DNA from: Cyanobacteria bacterium P01_A01_bin.123
GTDB taxonomy: Bacteria > Cyanobacteriota > Cyanobacteriia > Phormidesmidales > Phormidesmidaceae
Direction: 5' to 3'
Assembly (NCBI GenBank): GCA_039815185.1
Contig: JBCBZT010000003.1
Coordinates: 186,010 to 250,009 of the forward strand
Length of the DNA: 64,000 nucleotides
Made by a program: the position numbers and the translations under genes. Positions 20,961 through 30,556 of the stretch are shown piece after piece. The notes under the pieces are model-generated. The model ran no database searches. It worked only from the letters and a program-made list of their open reading frames with translations, and had not been told where the DNA came from. Position 1 is the first letter of the stretch; every line of letters begins with the position of its first letter.

Positions 20961-23033
20961 TTATTCCAGTTGCAGATCGGTTTCTTGACGTTCAAAGATA
21001 ATGTCGAGGCCACGGGTGTCTTCAAAGATGACTTCCACGCGGCGATCGCGGGCGTAATCGAGCCGAGTGCTGCCAGTGGTTGCCCGTTGGCTTTCGCCGA
21101 AGGGCCGAATCCGCATTCGTTCAGGTTCAATGCCCTGCTGCAGTAGATAGTTACGGGCAGACAGAGCCCGGCGCTCACTCAAGGCTTGGTTGTACGCATC
21201 GCTGGCACGGGGATCGGTGTGGCCTTGCAGTTCGATCACAATAAAGGGATATTCCAACAGAACCGCTGCAATCTGATCGAGCACATTGGCACTCTCTGGG
21301 CTGATGTTGGAGCGATCGAGGGCGAAGTGAATATTGCGCGGCACTTGCAGTTGCAATGGCTCCGGGGGGGGCGCTTCCGAGGGCGGTTCCGGGGGGGGAT
21401 CAGCTGCAAAGCAGCTGGGAGGCGAGATTGGTTCGAGCGCCAAGTCAGGAATCGGTTCGCCCATAACCCGAACGGTTGTCACCGGGGCGGGTTCGGAGGT
21501 GCCATATTGGGGATCAGTGGCGATCGCACTGAGGCGAGTCCCTGCCGGTACGGACAATGTGGTCGCAAACTGGCCAGCATCATCGGCAGTAACCGTCGCG
21601 AGGAATTTTGCCAGGGGACTGTAAACCCTCTGATCTTCCACCACCTGGTAGATGTCTACCTCTGATCCTGGATCCGCAGTGCCTTGTAAGGTAACTTCAC
21701 CCTGTTCTAAGGGAAATTCATAGGCCATAAATTGGGGGGCATTGATTGCCCCATTGCCCGTGTCCGTGCGGCGGTTGTGAGAATTGCGCGGTGGATTGGG
21801 ACCATCGGCCTCTTGATAAGCCCTGACCTCGCTAGCGTCAGCCGCATTCAAGTCAATGCTGAGTCCATCGAGCTGCAAAAACTGATTGTTGCGGATAATG
21901 TTGCGATCGCTGCGGGGAAAAGCCGTTACCGTCACCCCAGGTCCAGGCTGATAGCCGATCAGATTATTCAAAACCTGATGGTCATTGCCCATGAGGTAAA
22001 CGGCTGCCCGTTCGAATCGTCGCCCGTTGAACTTGATCGAATTGTCTTGAATCAGAACTGCGCCTTCGGGTTTGAACAGATAAATGCCGCTACCGTCGTT
22101 GCCACACAGCAGGTTATTCTCCAGAACCGCATCGGTCACGATTCCTTCTAACCGAATTGCATCGGGCATCCCGGCTATGCCATTGCCAATAATGGTATTG
22201 CCAGTCACCATTAACTCCTCAGCCCGCACCCCCGTGATAATGGCGCTACCATCGTGGTGCCGAATCTGGTTTTGACGGATGGTAACCCCAGTGGCATTAA
22301 AGACGGATACTCCAAAGGTTGAAGTCTCCTCGGGAAAGCGATTTTCTGGCGGTAATCCCAGCCAATTTTGTTCAATCACCACATCTTTCGTTGCGGCCTC
22401 AGACGTGCCGAAATCAAAAAAGCTGAGCGGGGGCGACAATGGGCTAGCGTCCGCTGGGTGTGGAGCATTACTAATGAAGATGTCGCTGGGGGGAGTGGTT
22501 TGTGTCGATCGCGGCGCTGCTCGAAACCCATAGATACTCAATCCGCGCACGGTTACCCCATCACCAATGATGGTCAGCCCACGAAAGACTTCCTGTCCAG
22601 CTGCTGGGGTCAACGCCACTACAGGTACGGGTACGGGCACTTGGGCCTGGGGTGGTTCAGCATTGCCGTATCCCGGCTGAGTTGTGCCGTCAATTAGGGT
22701 ATTGGGCGTTTCAATTGCGGGCAGTAAGGTTTCAACTGCAATCGTGGTTTGAGCTAAGGGTAGATTGAACTGGATCTGCGGTGCTCCAGTCGGGGAAGGG
22801 GCAATCAGGGCTTGCTCCGCTGGGCTCAGCGCCGCCGGCGTTAGAGTCCCATTAGCCAGCTCAATCGCTTCTCGTAGGGTGAGGATCCCATCGGCAGTTA
22901 CTGGGCCATCTAGATCACTGTTGACCGTCACGATATACGGTTCAAAAGTTTGCTCGTTAGGGGTTTGGGCGATCGCTGGGAGAGCGAGTAAATAAATAAA
23001 AGGTGCTGACAGTATCGATATCTGACGAATCAT
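20961..23033 (-). CDS. Beta-helix protein with C-terminal OmpA-like peptidoglycan-binding domain
   Basis: Signal peptide, LTLREAIELANG, beta-helix repeats, Pro-rich linker, IHFALDRS..GHTD..YNQALSERRA..DRRVE OmpA signature. Confidence 0.9.
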   Translation of the reverse strand: MIRQISILSAPFIYLLALPAIAQTPNEQTFEPYIVTVNSDLDGPVTADGILTLREAIELANGTLTPAALSPAEQALIAPSPTGAPQIQFNLPLAQTTIAVETLLPAIETPNTLIDGTTQPGYGNAEPPQAQVPVPVPVVALTPAAGQEVFRGLTIIGDGVTVRGLSIYGFRAAPRSTQTTPPSDIFISNAPHPADASPLSPPLSFFDFGTSEAATKDVVIEQNWLGLPPENRFPEETSTFGVSVFNATGVTIRQNQIRHHDGSAIITGVRAEELMVTGNTIIGNGIAGMPDAIRLEGIVTDAVLENNLLCGNDGSGIYLFKPEGAVLIQDNSIKFNGRRFERAAVYLMGNDHQVLNNLIGYQPGPGVTVTAFPRSDRNIIRNNQFLQLDGLSIDLNAADASEVRAYQEADGPNPPRNSHNRRTDTGNGAINAPQFMAYEFPLEQGEVTLQGTADPGSEVDIYQVVEDQRVYSPLAKFLATVTADDAGQFATTLSVPAGTRLSAIATDPQYGTSEPAPVTTVRVMGEPIPDLALEPISPPSCFAADPPPEPPSEAPPPEPLQLQVPRNIHFALDRSNISPESANVLDQIAAVLLEYPFIVIELQGHTDPRASDAYNQALSERRALSARNYLLQQGIEPERMRIRPFGESQRATTGSTRLDYARDRRVEVIFEDTRGLDIIFERQETDLQLE

Positions 23034-26000
23034 TAGACCTCACCCCCTGTTTCGATGTCGTTTGGTGCCGCGTTAGCAGGTTGATCGGGTTCAACATAGG
23101 AGTCTTGCTGCTGCTGCGGTGACACCATCTGCAATCCAAATCCATTCAATAGTTCATTTACCTTGAAGGTGACGCCCAAATAAACCCCGCTACCCGAGCG
23201 ATACGCGTTGTCACCTACAAAGCTGCCTTCATTTGCGCCGCCAAAGCTGTAACCTACCCCTAATCGCAGATCAGGCGTCAAGTAATATCCCGCTTCTAGG
23301 GCAAATCCAGTTTCGCTATAGCCAACGGTGGGTTGACCAATCCAGCGGGCTCCTGCTGTGACATCCCAACGGTAGGCAAAGCGATAGGTTGCCCGCATTT
23401 GGGCAAAATGAATGGAATTGGAAAATCCAAAGTCGTCAGCTAGATTGACATTGCTGTAACGCAAGGCATACTTGCCATAAAGTTCCCACTGCCAGCTGGG
23501 GGATAAGATGCCCTCTAATGCCAACGTATGATCTACGGCGTCGTTGCTGGAGCCAATCAGAATGCTATCGGGTGTGGTGCTGGGATTATTGCGATACTCG
23601 TAGCTCAATAATCCGTTGAAAATATCGCTGCTTGGATCGCGGTAGGCCAGCCCCAACCTGAGATTAATCGAATTACCAAGGTTGCCCGTGATGGTCTGGT
23701 TTGCAAAGTTAGCCTGCTCGTAGCGAAACAGGGTCGTCAACGACCGGGTAATGCGGCCCCCAGCGGCAGCCGTAAACACGGTGTTGTCGCCACTATCAGA
23801 ATCTCGATGTTCAAATCGTGCACTGGCCTGAAAATCTGGGTTGTCTGTATACTCCAAGCCAATACTATAAGCGGTGCTGGACTGGAGTCCCAACGCAGAA
23901 GCGTTTTGACCCACAGCAAAGGGTTGGGCAAACTGCTCTCCCCCCCCGGTTAGGTTGAACGCGTCGCCAAAGATGCGTTCTAGGCCAAAGTTCGCTCGCA
24001 ACCCAGGTGCTAACACCATGCGGTGATTCAACCCAATGGCTCCCTGCCCCGTGATGCCGTTAAATCCTCCCAACAGGGAATACCGATTTGTCAACGTTGT
24101 GTTGTCGTCTAAGGCGTAATCGATCAGGCTATCCAGGCGAGTGACTGAGCCTGGGTTAGCCCCGCCGGTAAACTGTTGTGCCAGCCGCAGGGTCATACCG
24201 GGTTGTACGGCCCATTCTAGGCCTACGGTTTGGCGATCGGGATAAAGTGAATCGCCGGTGCCCAGGTTTAACTCACTCTGGGCCAAAAAACTCAAATCTC
24301 CTGTGATTGGCAGATTCAGCCGAGAGACTACTTGATTAGAGTCAGTATTGAGATTGGTGATGCGATCATCGCGACCGCGAAAGATCCAATCAACGCCTAG
24401 GGTAGTGGCACCGAACCGTTGCTGAATGCCAATCTGGCCTGTGGTTAAGGTGTTATCGACTGAACTCCCCTGAATGGCCTGTTGCCCGGGCGATAGCAAG
24501 GCTCCGGCAGAGGTCAATACTGCTGGGGATGAGCCAACGTTTGTTTCTTGGTCGATTAAACCTCGAAGCAGGGTGCTGGGGCCAATGCGAGCCGCGATCT
24601 CGGCTCCCCAGCGCGTTTGTCCGGGACGAAAGCTAGAGGTGTAGTCGTTTTGAAACTCAGGTGCGGCAGATTGCAGATAGGCGCGACCAAATACATTAGG
24701 CAGAACGTTGCCATTAAAGGCCAATCGAAAGGCATTTCCTGAAGTCGTGGCCCCCCCGCTAAACGAATCTGATCGGGCCCATTCCCCAACGAACGTCCCA
24801 ATGCTGCCAATCGGCAACTGGAGATCAACGCCGTATAGATTGGAGTCAAAATCTCCCTGGTCTGCGTGGAGAAACGTAGCCCCAACCCAGCTATTGAGAT
24901 CGGGGGTGAAGGCATACTGCAATCGCCCTGCATACAATTCACCGCCAAATTCACCGCCGTCTAGTTGGTAGGTGACAACAATCCGACGCACCAGCGTCTC
25001 GCCGAAGGGATCGATCTCTGTGGCATAAATCGGTTGACGAAATAGCAGCGTGCCTCGGTCATAATCAATGTCATAGTCAGCTCCCCGATAAAGCTCTGTA
25101 CGCTCAACTACCGTCCCGGGGCGATTAATCTCCTCAGTCTCGATAAAAACATTTTCACTCCCGCGCAGCACTGCCCGCCGAGATAAGAAATAAAAGCCAC
25201 TGGTGCCGTCGGGTGCAATCGTATCGCGCTGCAACTGCTGTAAGTTGTTGCCGTACATGGCCGTGACTTGCAACCCATTGGCAAAACTATAGTTGCCCTT
25301 AAAGCCGTGGAGTTGCAGTGTAGTCGCGGTAAAGGTTTGAGAAGACCGAGCAAATTCTGGAGTGCTGTAATCGCCCCACATCAGGTAGTCAGGTTCAGCC
25401 CCTGGCAAGATAGAGTCTCTCTGGAGGCGCAAATAAAGACTGTCGGCAGACGGGGTCAAAAATTCTGAGGTCGAGCTGTCGCCATAAACCGGATAGGTTT
25501 GGTCACAAGCTTGGAGATCATTGAGGATACCGTTATCCCCTCCACAACGCTCGTTTAAGTTTCGCTCGCTCGTGTATGCTCCGGTAATTTGCCAATCTCC
25601 CAGGGTGCCAATGCCAAACAGGGAAATATCAGGGTCAAACTCCGTTCCGTTGTCAAGTAGATCCGGATTGAGAAAGTCTCCAAAGCTCCCCCAAAAATCA
25701 GTTCCGGCTTGCCCCAACCGCAAATGCACCACACCCGAAACTAGAGATGGCCTCAAATCCGTGACAAATTGAACCTCGGTGTAGGCTGCGACCTCTGGAT
25801 AAGGGTCGGGATCGATCGCTGGATCAAGTCCGCGCACTTGATGGCCATTAACGGCTGCCCGAATCTGAACGGTCTGAGCGTCTAGATCAGAACGCAGCAG
25901 CGTCTCAAACTCCCCACGACGGGCCAGAATTTGAAATCCTGCGAGATCGTTGTCATAGTCTGTCTGGACAAATACTCCAGCACTACTGGTTAGCGTGACA

Positions 26001-26782
26001 ATGATATCTCGATCAAGTACGACGCCATCGACATCGAGCACTTGTCCGCTCAGTCTGACCACGGCTCGTCCATTGGCTGGAATAATGCCGTTACCAATGG
26101 GCTCAATTTGGAGTGTTGGCCCTTGATTTTCCTCCAGCAAGTCCTCTTCTGACAGACGCTCTAAGGGATCTTCGGGAGCATCGGGGCGTAAGGCAGGGGG
26201 CGGCACAAATTCGTCCATGGGGGTACCCCCATCTCCATCAAACTGAGCCATCAGTTCAGCTTGATGGGGGGATATTGGAGCGGCTTGAAAATCAAGGGTT
26301 GACGCTTCTAGGACGCCGGAAAAAGCTAGGTTATTTCCCTCAAGCGCCAATGTTTCAGAGTCAGTTGAGTGCGATCGCGCCGGGGAAACATGAGCATCTG
26401 AGTTGCTGACTGGGTCATTAACTGGATCGTTAACGAGGGTATTTGCCTCAATTAAGTCTCCAGTCTGTAAGACAGCGGCGTCAGTGGCCAAGCCGTCAGC
26501 TGTTTCCCTTATTCTGGGGAGATTAAGTGCAGGTGAAACATGGGTCGTCGATCCAACATTCTCATCGGCTGACGGGCTCGCCTCAGGGGAAACTGATTGG
26601 GGTTGCAGGTCCTGATTGACCATTGGCTGCTGATCATCGCTTGGCAGCGGCGCAGCGTCATCAACCGCCACGGACAGGTTCGATGCAGCCGCTTCCCCAT
26701 ATGCAGGAAATGCTGCACTTAAAACTCCAGCGATAACGGCCAGTGCCTTAATTGCCAGTAAAGTTTGCTGTGAGCTTGCCAT
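23033..26782 (-). CDS. Large outer-membrane beta-barrel protein (putative usher/translocon; often auto-labelled TonB-dependent receptor)
   Basis: Signal peptide after M at 26782, acidic disordered N-terminus, Ig-like IPANG domain, YPVYGDSS and DYDIDYDRGTLLF motifs, long run of amphipathic beta strands ending GVYLGVTFK. Confidence 0.8.
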   Translation of the reverse strand: MASSQQTLLAIKALAVIAGVLSAAFPAYGEAAASNLSVAVDDAAPLPSDDQQPMVNQDLQPQSVSPEASPSADENVGSTTHVSPALNLPRIRETADGLATDAAVLQTGDLIEANTLVNDPVNDPVSNSDAHVSPARSHSTDSETLALEGNNLAFSGVLEASTLDFQAAPISPHQAELMAQFDGDGGTPMDEFVPPPALRPDAPEDPLERLSEEDLLEENQGPTLQIEPIGNGIIPANGRAVVRLSGQVLDVDGVVLDRDIIVTLTSSAGVFVQTDYDNDLAGFQILARRGEFETLLRSDLDAQTVQIRAAVNGHQVRGLDPAIDPDPYPEVAAYTEVQFVTDLRPSLVSGVVHLRLGQAGTDFWGSFGDFLNPDLLDNGTEFDPDISLFGIGTLGDWQITGAYTSERNLNERCGGDNGILNDLQACDQTYPVYGDSSTSEFLTPSADSLYLRLQRDSILPGAEPDYLMWGDYSTPEFARSSQTFTATTLQLHGFKGNYSFANGLQVTAMYGNNLQQLQRDTIAPDGTSGFYFLSRRAVLRGSENVFIETEEINRPGTVVERTELYRGADYDIDYDRGTLLFRQPIYATEIDPFGETLVRRIVVTYQLDGGEFGGELYAGRLQYAFTPDLNSWVGATFLHADQGDFDSNLYGVDLQLPIGSIGTFVGEWARSDSFSGGATTSGNAFRLAFNGNVLPNVFGRAYLQSAAPEFQNDYTSSFRPGQTRWGAEIAARIGPSTLLRGLIDQETNVGSSPAVLTSAGALLSPGQQAIQGSSVDNTLTTGQIGIQQRFGATTLGVDWIFRGRDDRITNLNTDSNQVVSRLNLPITGDLSFLAQSELNLGTGDSLYPDRQTVGLEWAVQPGMTLRLAQQFTGGANPGSVTRLDSLIDYALDDNTTLTNRYSLLGGFNGITGQGAIGLNHRMVLAPGLRANFGLERIFGDAFNLTGGGEQFAQPFAVGQNASALGLQSSTAYSIGLEYTDNPDFQASARFEHRDSDSGDNTVFTAAAGGRITRSLTTLFRYEQANFANQTITGNLGNSINLRLGLAYRDPSSDIFNGLLSYEYRNNPSTTPDSILIGSSNDAVDHTLALEGILSPSWQWELYGKYALRYSNVNLADDFGFSNSIHFAQMRATYRFAYRWDVTAGARWIGQPTVGYSETGFALEAGYYLTPDLRLGVGYSFGGANEGSFVGDNAYRSGSGVYLGVTFKVNELLNGFGLQMVSPQQQQDSYVEPDQPANAAPNDIETGGEV

Positions 26783-26837
26783 AGTGCGTCTGTTTCTTAA
26801 CTTCCCTGATTGTTTGGTCGATACTTCCCTGCGAACA

Positions 26838-27869
26838 CTATTGACCTGGCCCAACAACCTGGCCCTCACCAAAGGTAGGGGTCACTCCAAAGTTCATACG
26901 TACCAATCCACCTGGCTCAAGCTGAACCAGGCGCGACTGGCTGTTTTGGTCAAGACGATACAAGTTAGGCGCTAGGGTATAACCCGGCAAGCTGGTTAAA
27001 TCCAACGTGCCGACTCGATACCCGCGATAGACATTTGCTACGGAAAATAAGCCCTCGGGGTCGGTAATGATGCGATTGCCATCATCCATAAAGACAACAG
27101 CATTGGGGACTCCTTCTTCTCCAGGTTGCTGTTCACCATCGAAATTTTTATCAACAAAGACCCGTCCGACAACCGTGCCACAATCGGCAACGATCCCCGG
27201 ACGAATCAGCAGTTGAAACTGAGAAGTAACGGTTGCAAATCCCGGAGCGGAGGCCTGGGCAGTGTTCTCCCCTGACCCCCGAACTGAATCAGGAGTGAGC
27301 AATACAGCATAGACAATATTGATCGATTCACCCGCGGCCAAGGTTGGAAACTCAAGGGTAATCTGACTGTTATCGAAGCTTACTGAAGTCGGTGCGGTAG
27401 GCGTTGCCTGGACTGAATCAGGCACATACAGCAGACCTAGGGGTAACTGATCAACAATGGTCAGCGGTGTAGCCGCAGTAGTCGTGCTGTTGTTGGTTAC
27501 CAGCAGTCTGTACAGCACCACATCCCCAGGCTCTGCAGCAGCTCGATCTGCGGTCTTAACAATCGATAATCCTTGCTCCTGGGCAGCTGTCCCCGATACC
27601 TGATAAGAGGTGGTGTTTGAGGTGCCAGTTTGCACATTACCACCAGAGGTGAATTGAGCCGATGCTTGGTTAGTCACCGTTACCTGTGCCTGGGAGGCAG
27701 TCGGCAAAATCAGCCCACCATGAAGTGCAAGGCTGGTAAACAAAGCCAACAAAAAAATCATCCAGCGTCTAAGAAGACGCCTACCTGTAGCGAATATCGG
27801 TTTCAACACCCACAACTCCCACACACTCGGTAGATAACGTAATATCACCGAAAAATCAGATAAAGTCAA
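26838..27869 (-). CDS. Exported DUF11 + SdrD-B-like domain protein, first gene of the operon
   Basis: Signal peptide (..TASQA|Q), LSIVKTADRAAAEPGDVVLYRLLVTN DUF11 motif, GRVFVDKNFDGEQQPGEEGVPNA SdrD-B-like motif; true start probably near 27809. Confidence 0.85.
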   Translation of the reverse strand: MTLSDFSVILRYLPSVWELWVLKPIFATGRRLLRRWMIFLLALFTSLALHGGLILPTASQAQVTVTNQASAQFTSGGNVQTGTSNTTSYQVSGTAAQEQGLSIVKTADRAAAEPGDVVLYRLLVTNNSTTTAATPLTIVDQLPLGLLYVPDSVQATPTAPTSVSFDNSQITLEFPTLAAGESINIVYAVLLTPDSVRGSGENTAQASAPGFATVTSQFQLLIRPGIVADCGTVVGRVFVDKNFDGEQQPGEEGVPNAVVFMDDGNRIITDPEGLFSVANVYRGYRVGTLDLTSLPGYTLAPNLYRLDQNSQSRLVQLEPGGLVRMNFGVTPTFGEGQVVGPGQ

Positions 27870-28387
27870 GTATCAAAAAAACAGAAATGTACGTAATTAC
27901 GCATAATTACGCATTCTCACGCGATGATACTCTGCTGAAATTCACCTAGGTACTTTATCAGAAGATGGCGTGGATGATTGCCGTCACTACTCAGAAAGGA
28001 AAGATTAGCCAAATTGCAACACGCCTAAGAGCAGTGTGCTTGTCGTCACAGCGCAAGATTCTGATAGCCTTATAAGGGGTCTTACCCCCCCTATAGAGGG
28101 GCTGTTACAGGACTAATGCAGGAACGTCTACTGTCAGATAGAGGCGAAATGGCATCAGTGCTTATACTTGATTAAGAATTGTTGAAAGTTCCTCAAAAAA
28201 CGTACTTTTACGGAAGGTATTCAACTCGTTTTGGCGATTTGCACCTACTTATGTCAGGAAAACCTGACATAAGTAGGTGCTTCTACTTGTTCCCTATCCA
28301 CATTCACCGCAGGCGTTTTCTCCAGGCTAAAACTCAAATTTTCAAATCGGATTACGGTTAGCTTCAATGATGAGTGACCGTTAAGCT

Positions 28388-29182
28388 TCAGCGAATTGCA
28401 GATTTGAGCGCCTGACAGAAGTCTGCGATTTTCTCCAATCCCTCCGCTGGGGGATGGTCGGCTAGGCGGTTGACAAAGGCGCTGCCCACGATGACTGCAT
28501 CAGCGCCCCATTGCTTAAGCTGTGCAGCTTGTTGAGGTTGGGAAACACCGAACCCGACTCCCACGGGTTTATGGGTTAGTCCCCGCAAATCCTCTAGTAG
28601 CCTGTTGACTCGGCTTTGAATTTGGGTTCTCATGCCGGTGACGCCGGTGACGCTAACGAGATAAATGAACCCTTCGGACTGTTGCGCGATCGCTTCAATT
28701 CTTGCTTTTGGAGAGGTTGGGGCGACCAGTAGCGTCACTTCAATACCCGCTGATAGGGCTGGCTGCCTTAGGGTTTCAACCTCCTCTAAGGGGAGATCGG
28801 GAACCACTAACCCTTTGACGCCAGCCGCCACGAGGGTTTCTAAAAAAGCTTCGATCCCCCGATTCAAAATCGGGTTGTAGTAAGTGAAAAGAATAATCGG
28901 TGCTGTCAATGTTGGGCTGACTTGCTGCACGACTGCTAAAACTTGCTCAAGTTTGACCCCGCGTTTGAGGGCCCGCGTGGCGGCGGCTTGAATAACGGGG
29001 CCATCTGCCAATGGGTCAGAATAAGGAACGCCTAATTCAATCAAGTCGGCCCCGCTTTGATCTAGGATTTGCAGCGCTTTGGCCGTGGTTTCCAAGTCTG
29101 GATCGCCAGCGGTAATGAAGGGAATTAAGGCACACTCCTGGCGATCGCGGAGGATTTGAAACTGCTCAGAAACCGATGTCAT
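28388..29182 (-). CDS. trpA: Tryptophan synthase alpha chain
   Basis: [46 protein letters not shown]. Confidence 0.98.
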   Translation of the reverse strand: MTSVSEQFQILRDRQECALIPFITAGDPDLETTAKALQILDQSGADLIELGVPYSDPLADGPVIQAAATRALKRGVKLEQVLAVVQQVSPTLTAPIILFTYYNPILNRGIEAFLETLVAAGVKGLVVPDLPLEEVETLRQPALSAGIEVTLLVAPTSPKARIEAIAQQSEGFIYLVSVTGVTGMRTQIQSRVNRLLEDLRGLTHKPVGVGFGVSQPQQAAQLKQWGADAVIVGSAFVNRLADHPPAEGLEKIADFCQALKSAIR

Positions 29183-29258
29183 CCCAACCTCTACTTAATC
29201 TTGGCAAACTCCCCCATTAAACCACTTTGCAGTGTGTCATCAGTACCCACTCCATACC

Positions 29259-29585
29259 CTAGGAAGATTTAGCAGACGGGGTTACGTTTGCCTCCTCAGA
29301 CAGTTCGGCTTGTAGGGCTGCCAGTTCTTCCGGGCTCATTTCGTCTAACCGTTTTTGCAGCACAGCGTCTTCATAATCTTTAAGCTGTTGGTTGTAGGTC
29401 ATCGTTTGAGTCAGGGCTCTAAAAAGGTATGTGAGCAACCAGCCCACAATGCCCCCTACAAAGATGACCTGGCTCCAAATGCCAGCTGAAAGGTGATCTA
29501 ATCCAGTCCTCAAAAATATCAAGTAGAGTCCGCCGCCTGCGGCAAAGATCCCTAACCCGATGCCTAAAACATCGATTCGACGCAT
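29259..29585 (-). CDS. DUF3007 family protein
   Basis: MRRID..., SAGIWSQ, MTYNQQLKDYE..LQKRL; usual position between ndhL and trpA. Confidence 0.88.
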   Translation of the reverse strand: MRRIDVLGIGLGIFAAGGGLYLIFLRTGLDHLSAGIWSQVIFVGGIVGWLLTYLFRALTQTMTYNQQLKDYEDAVLQKRLDEMSPEELAALQAELSEEANVTPSAKSS

Positions 29586-29630
29586 TGCACTGTCATCTCC
29601 TGACTCAACCGTTAATTAGGGCAAGGGGCC

Positions 29631-29870
29631 CTAGCTTTCTACCTGGCGGGGATTGGGTCGGAAGTTGAGAAATGGGCTCAGCAACAACATGCCTGGGAAG
29701 AAGAAAAAGACGAAAAAGTAAGCTACAGTACGCTCTACAGACCCCATGACGGCCCAGCGCGTCTTTAGGTAGAACATCAAAATGCCCGGTACCACCAGTA
29801 AATATGTGCCCCCCAACCCCAGGTAGAGCACCGCAACCAAAATGTAGGGTGTATCAATTGGCATCGGCAC
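29631..29870 (-). CDS. ndhL: NAD(P)H-quinone oxidoreductase subunit L
   Basis: YLLVVP...YLKTRW...ER...[22 protein letters not shown]. Confidence 0.93.
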   Translation of the reverse strand: MPMPIDTPYILVAVLYLGLGGTYLLVVPGILMFYLKTRWAVMGSVERTVAYFFVFFFFPGMLLLSPFLNFRPNPRQVES

Positions 29871-30107
29871 GGTTATGACCTTTTAACGAGTGTTGTTAAC
29901 ATCTTAAGCGTTTTGTGGCGTCTTGTTGGAGGGCAGCTGATGAATGAGCCCTCCGCCTGCCAAGCAGCCGCTGTCAAAACTGGGTTTAAACTAGAGAATT
30001 GTGAATTCTGAATTACAGTGAGTTGCATCGAACTCCACTTGGTGGTGCAATGGAAAACAGTCAAATTGGCTAACATTGCAGAACCCATCTCAAAGGTGGG
30101 TTTTTGC

Positions 30108-30556
30108 GGGGGCGTGGCGGAATGGTAGACGCTACGGACTTAGAAAACTGAGCCTTGGCGGAGAAATCTGTCAAGTGTAAGCTCTCAAACTCAGGGAAAC
30201 CTAAGCCTAAGAAAATTTAAGCGATCGCGACAGGGACTGCCCTTGGCCTCTTCCCTGCGACTGAGTCTGTCGATAGTGATGCTTGCTTTCTAGGTATGGC
30301 AATCCTGAGCCAAGCCAAGAGCAATTTTAGATTGGCGAGTTTAGATTGTAGATAGTGATCTAAACTCCAAAATCCAAAATTCTCTCTGGAAGGTGCAGAG
30401 GCCCGACGGGAGCTACCCTAACGTCAAGTCGAGGGTAAAGGGAGGGTCCAATTCTCAAAGCCGGAGGCGGTATCGCTGAAGGCAGCAGCGAAAGCTGCGG
30501 GAGAATGAAAATCCGTTGACCGCAAGGTCGTGAGGGTTCAAGTCCCTCCGCCCCCA
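30108..30556 (+). tRNA. trnL: tRNA-Leu(UAA) split by a group I intron (exons 30108-30141 and 30508-30556)
   Basis: 5' exon GGGGGCGTGGCGGAATGGTAGACGCTACGGACTT; 3' exon AAAATCCGTTGACCGCAAGGTCGTGAGGGTTCAAGTCCCTCCGCCCCCA; spliced anticodon UAA. Confidence 0.96.
30142..30507 (+). ncRNA. Group I self-splicing intron of trnL(UAA), 366 nt
   Basis: Conserved core CTCAAACTCAGGGAAACC, GGCAATCCTGAGCC, GGTGCAGAG, CCCTAACG, GTCCAATTCTC and terminal GAGAATG. Confidence 0.95.

Noticed and set aside
23033..26782. TonB-dependent receptor
   Set aside because: No recognisable TonB box or plug motif and no terminal aromatic residue; the gene context is surface proteins rather than uptake genes
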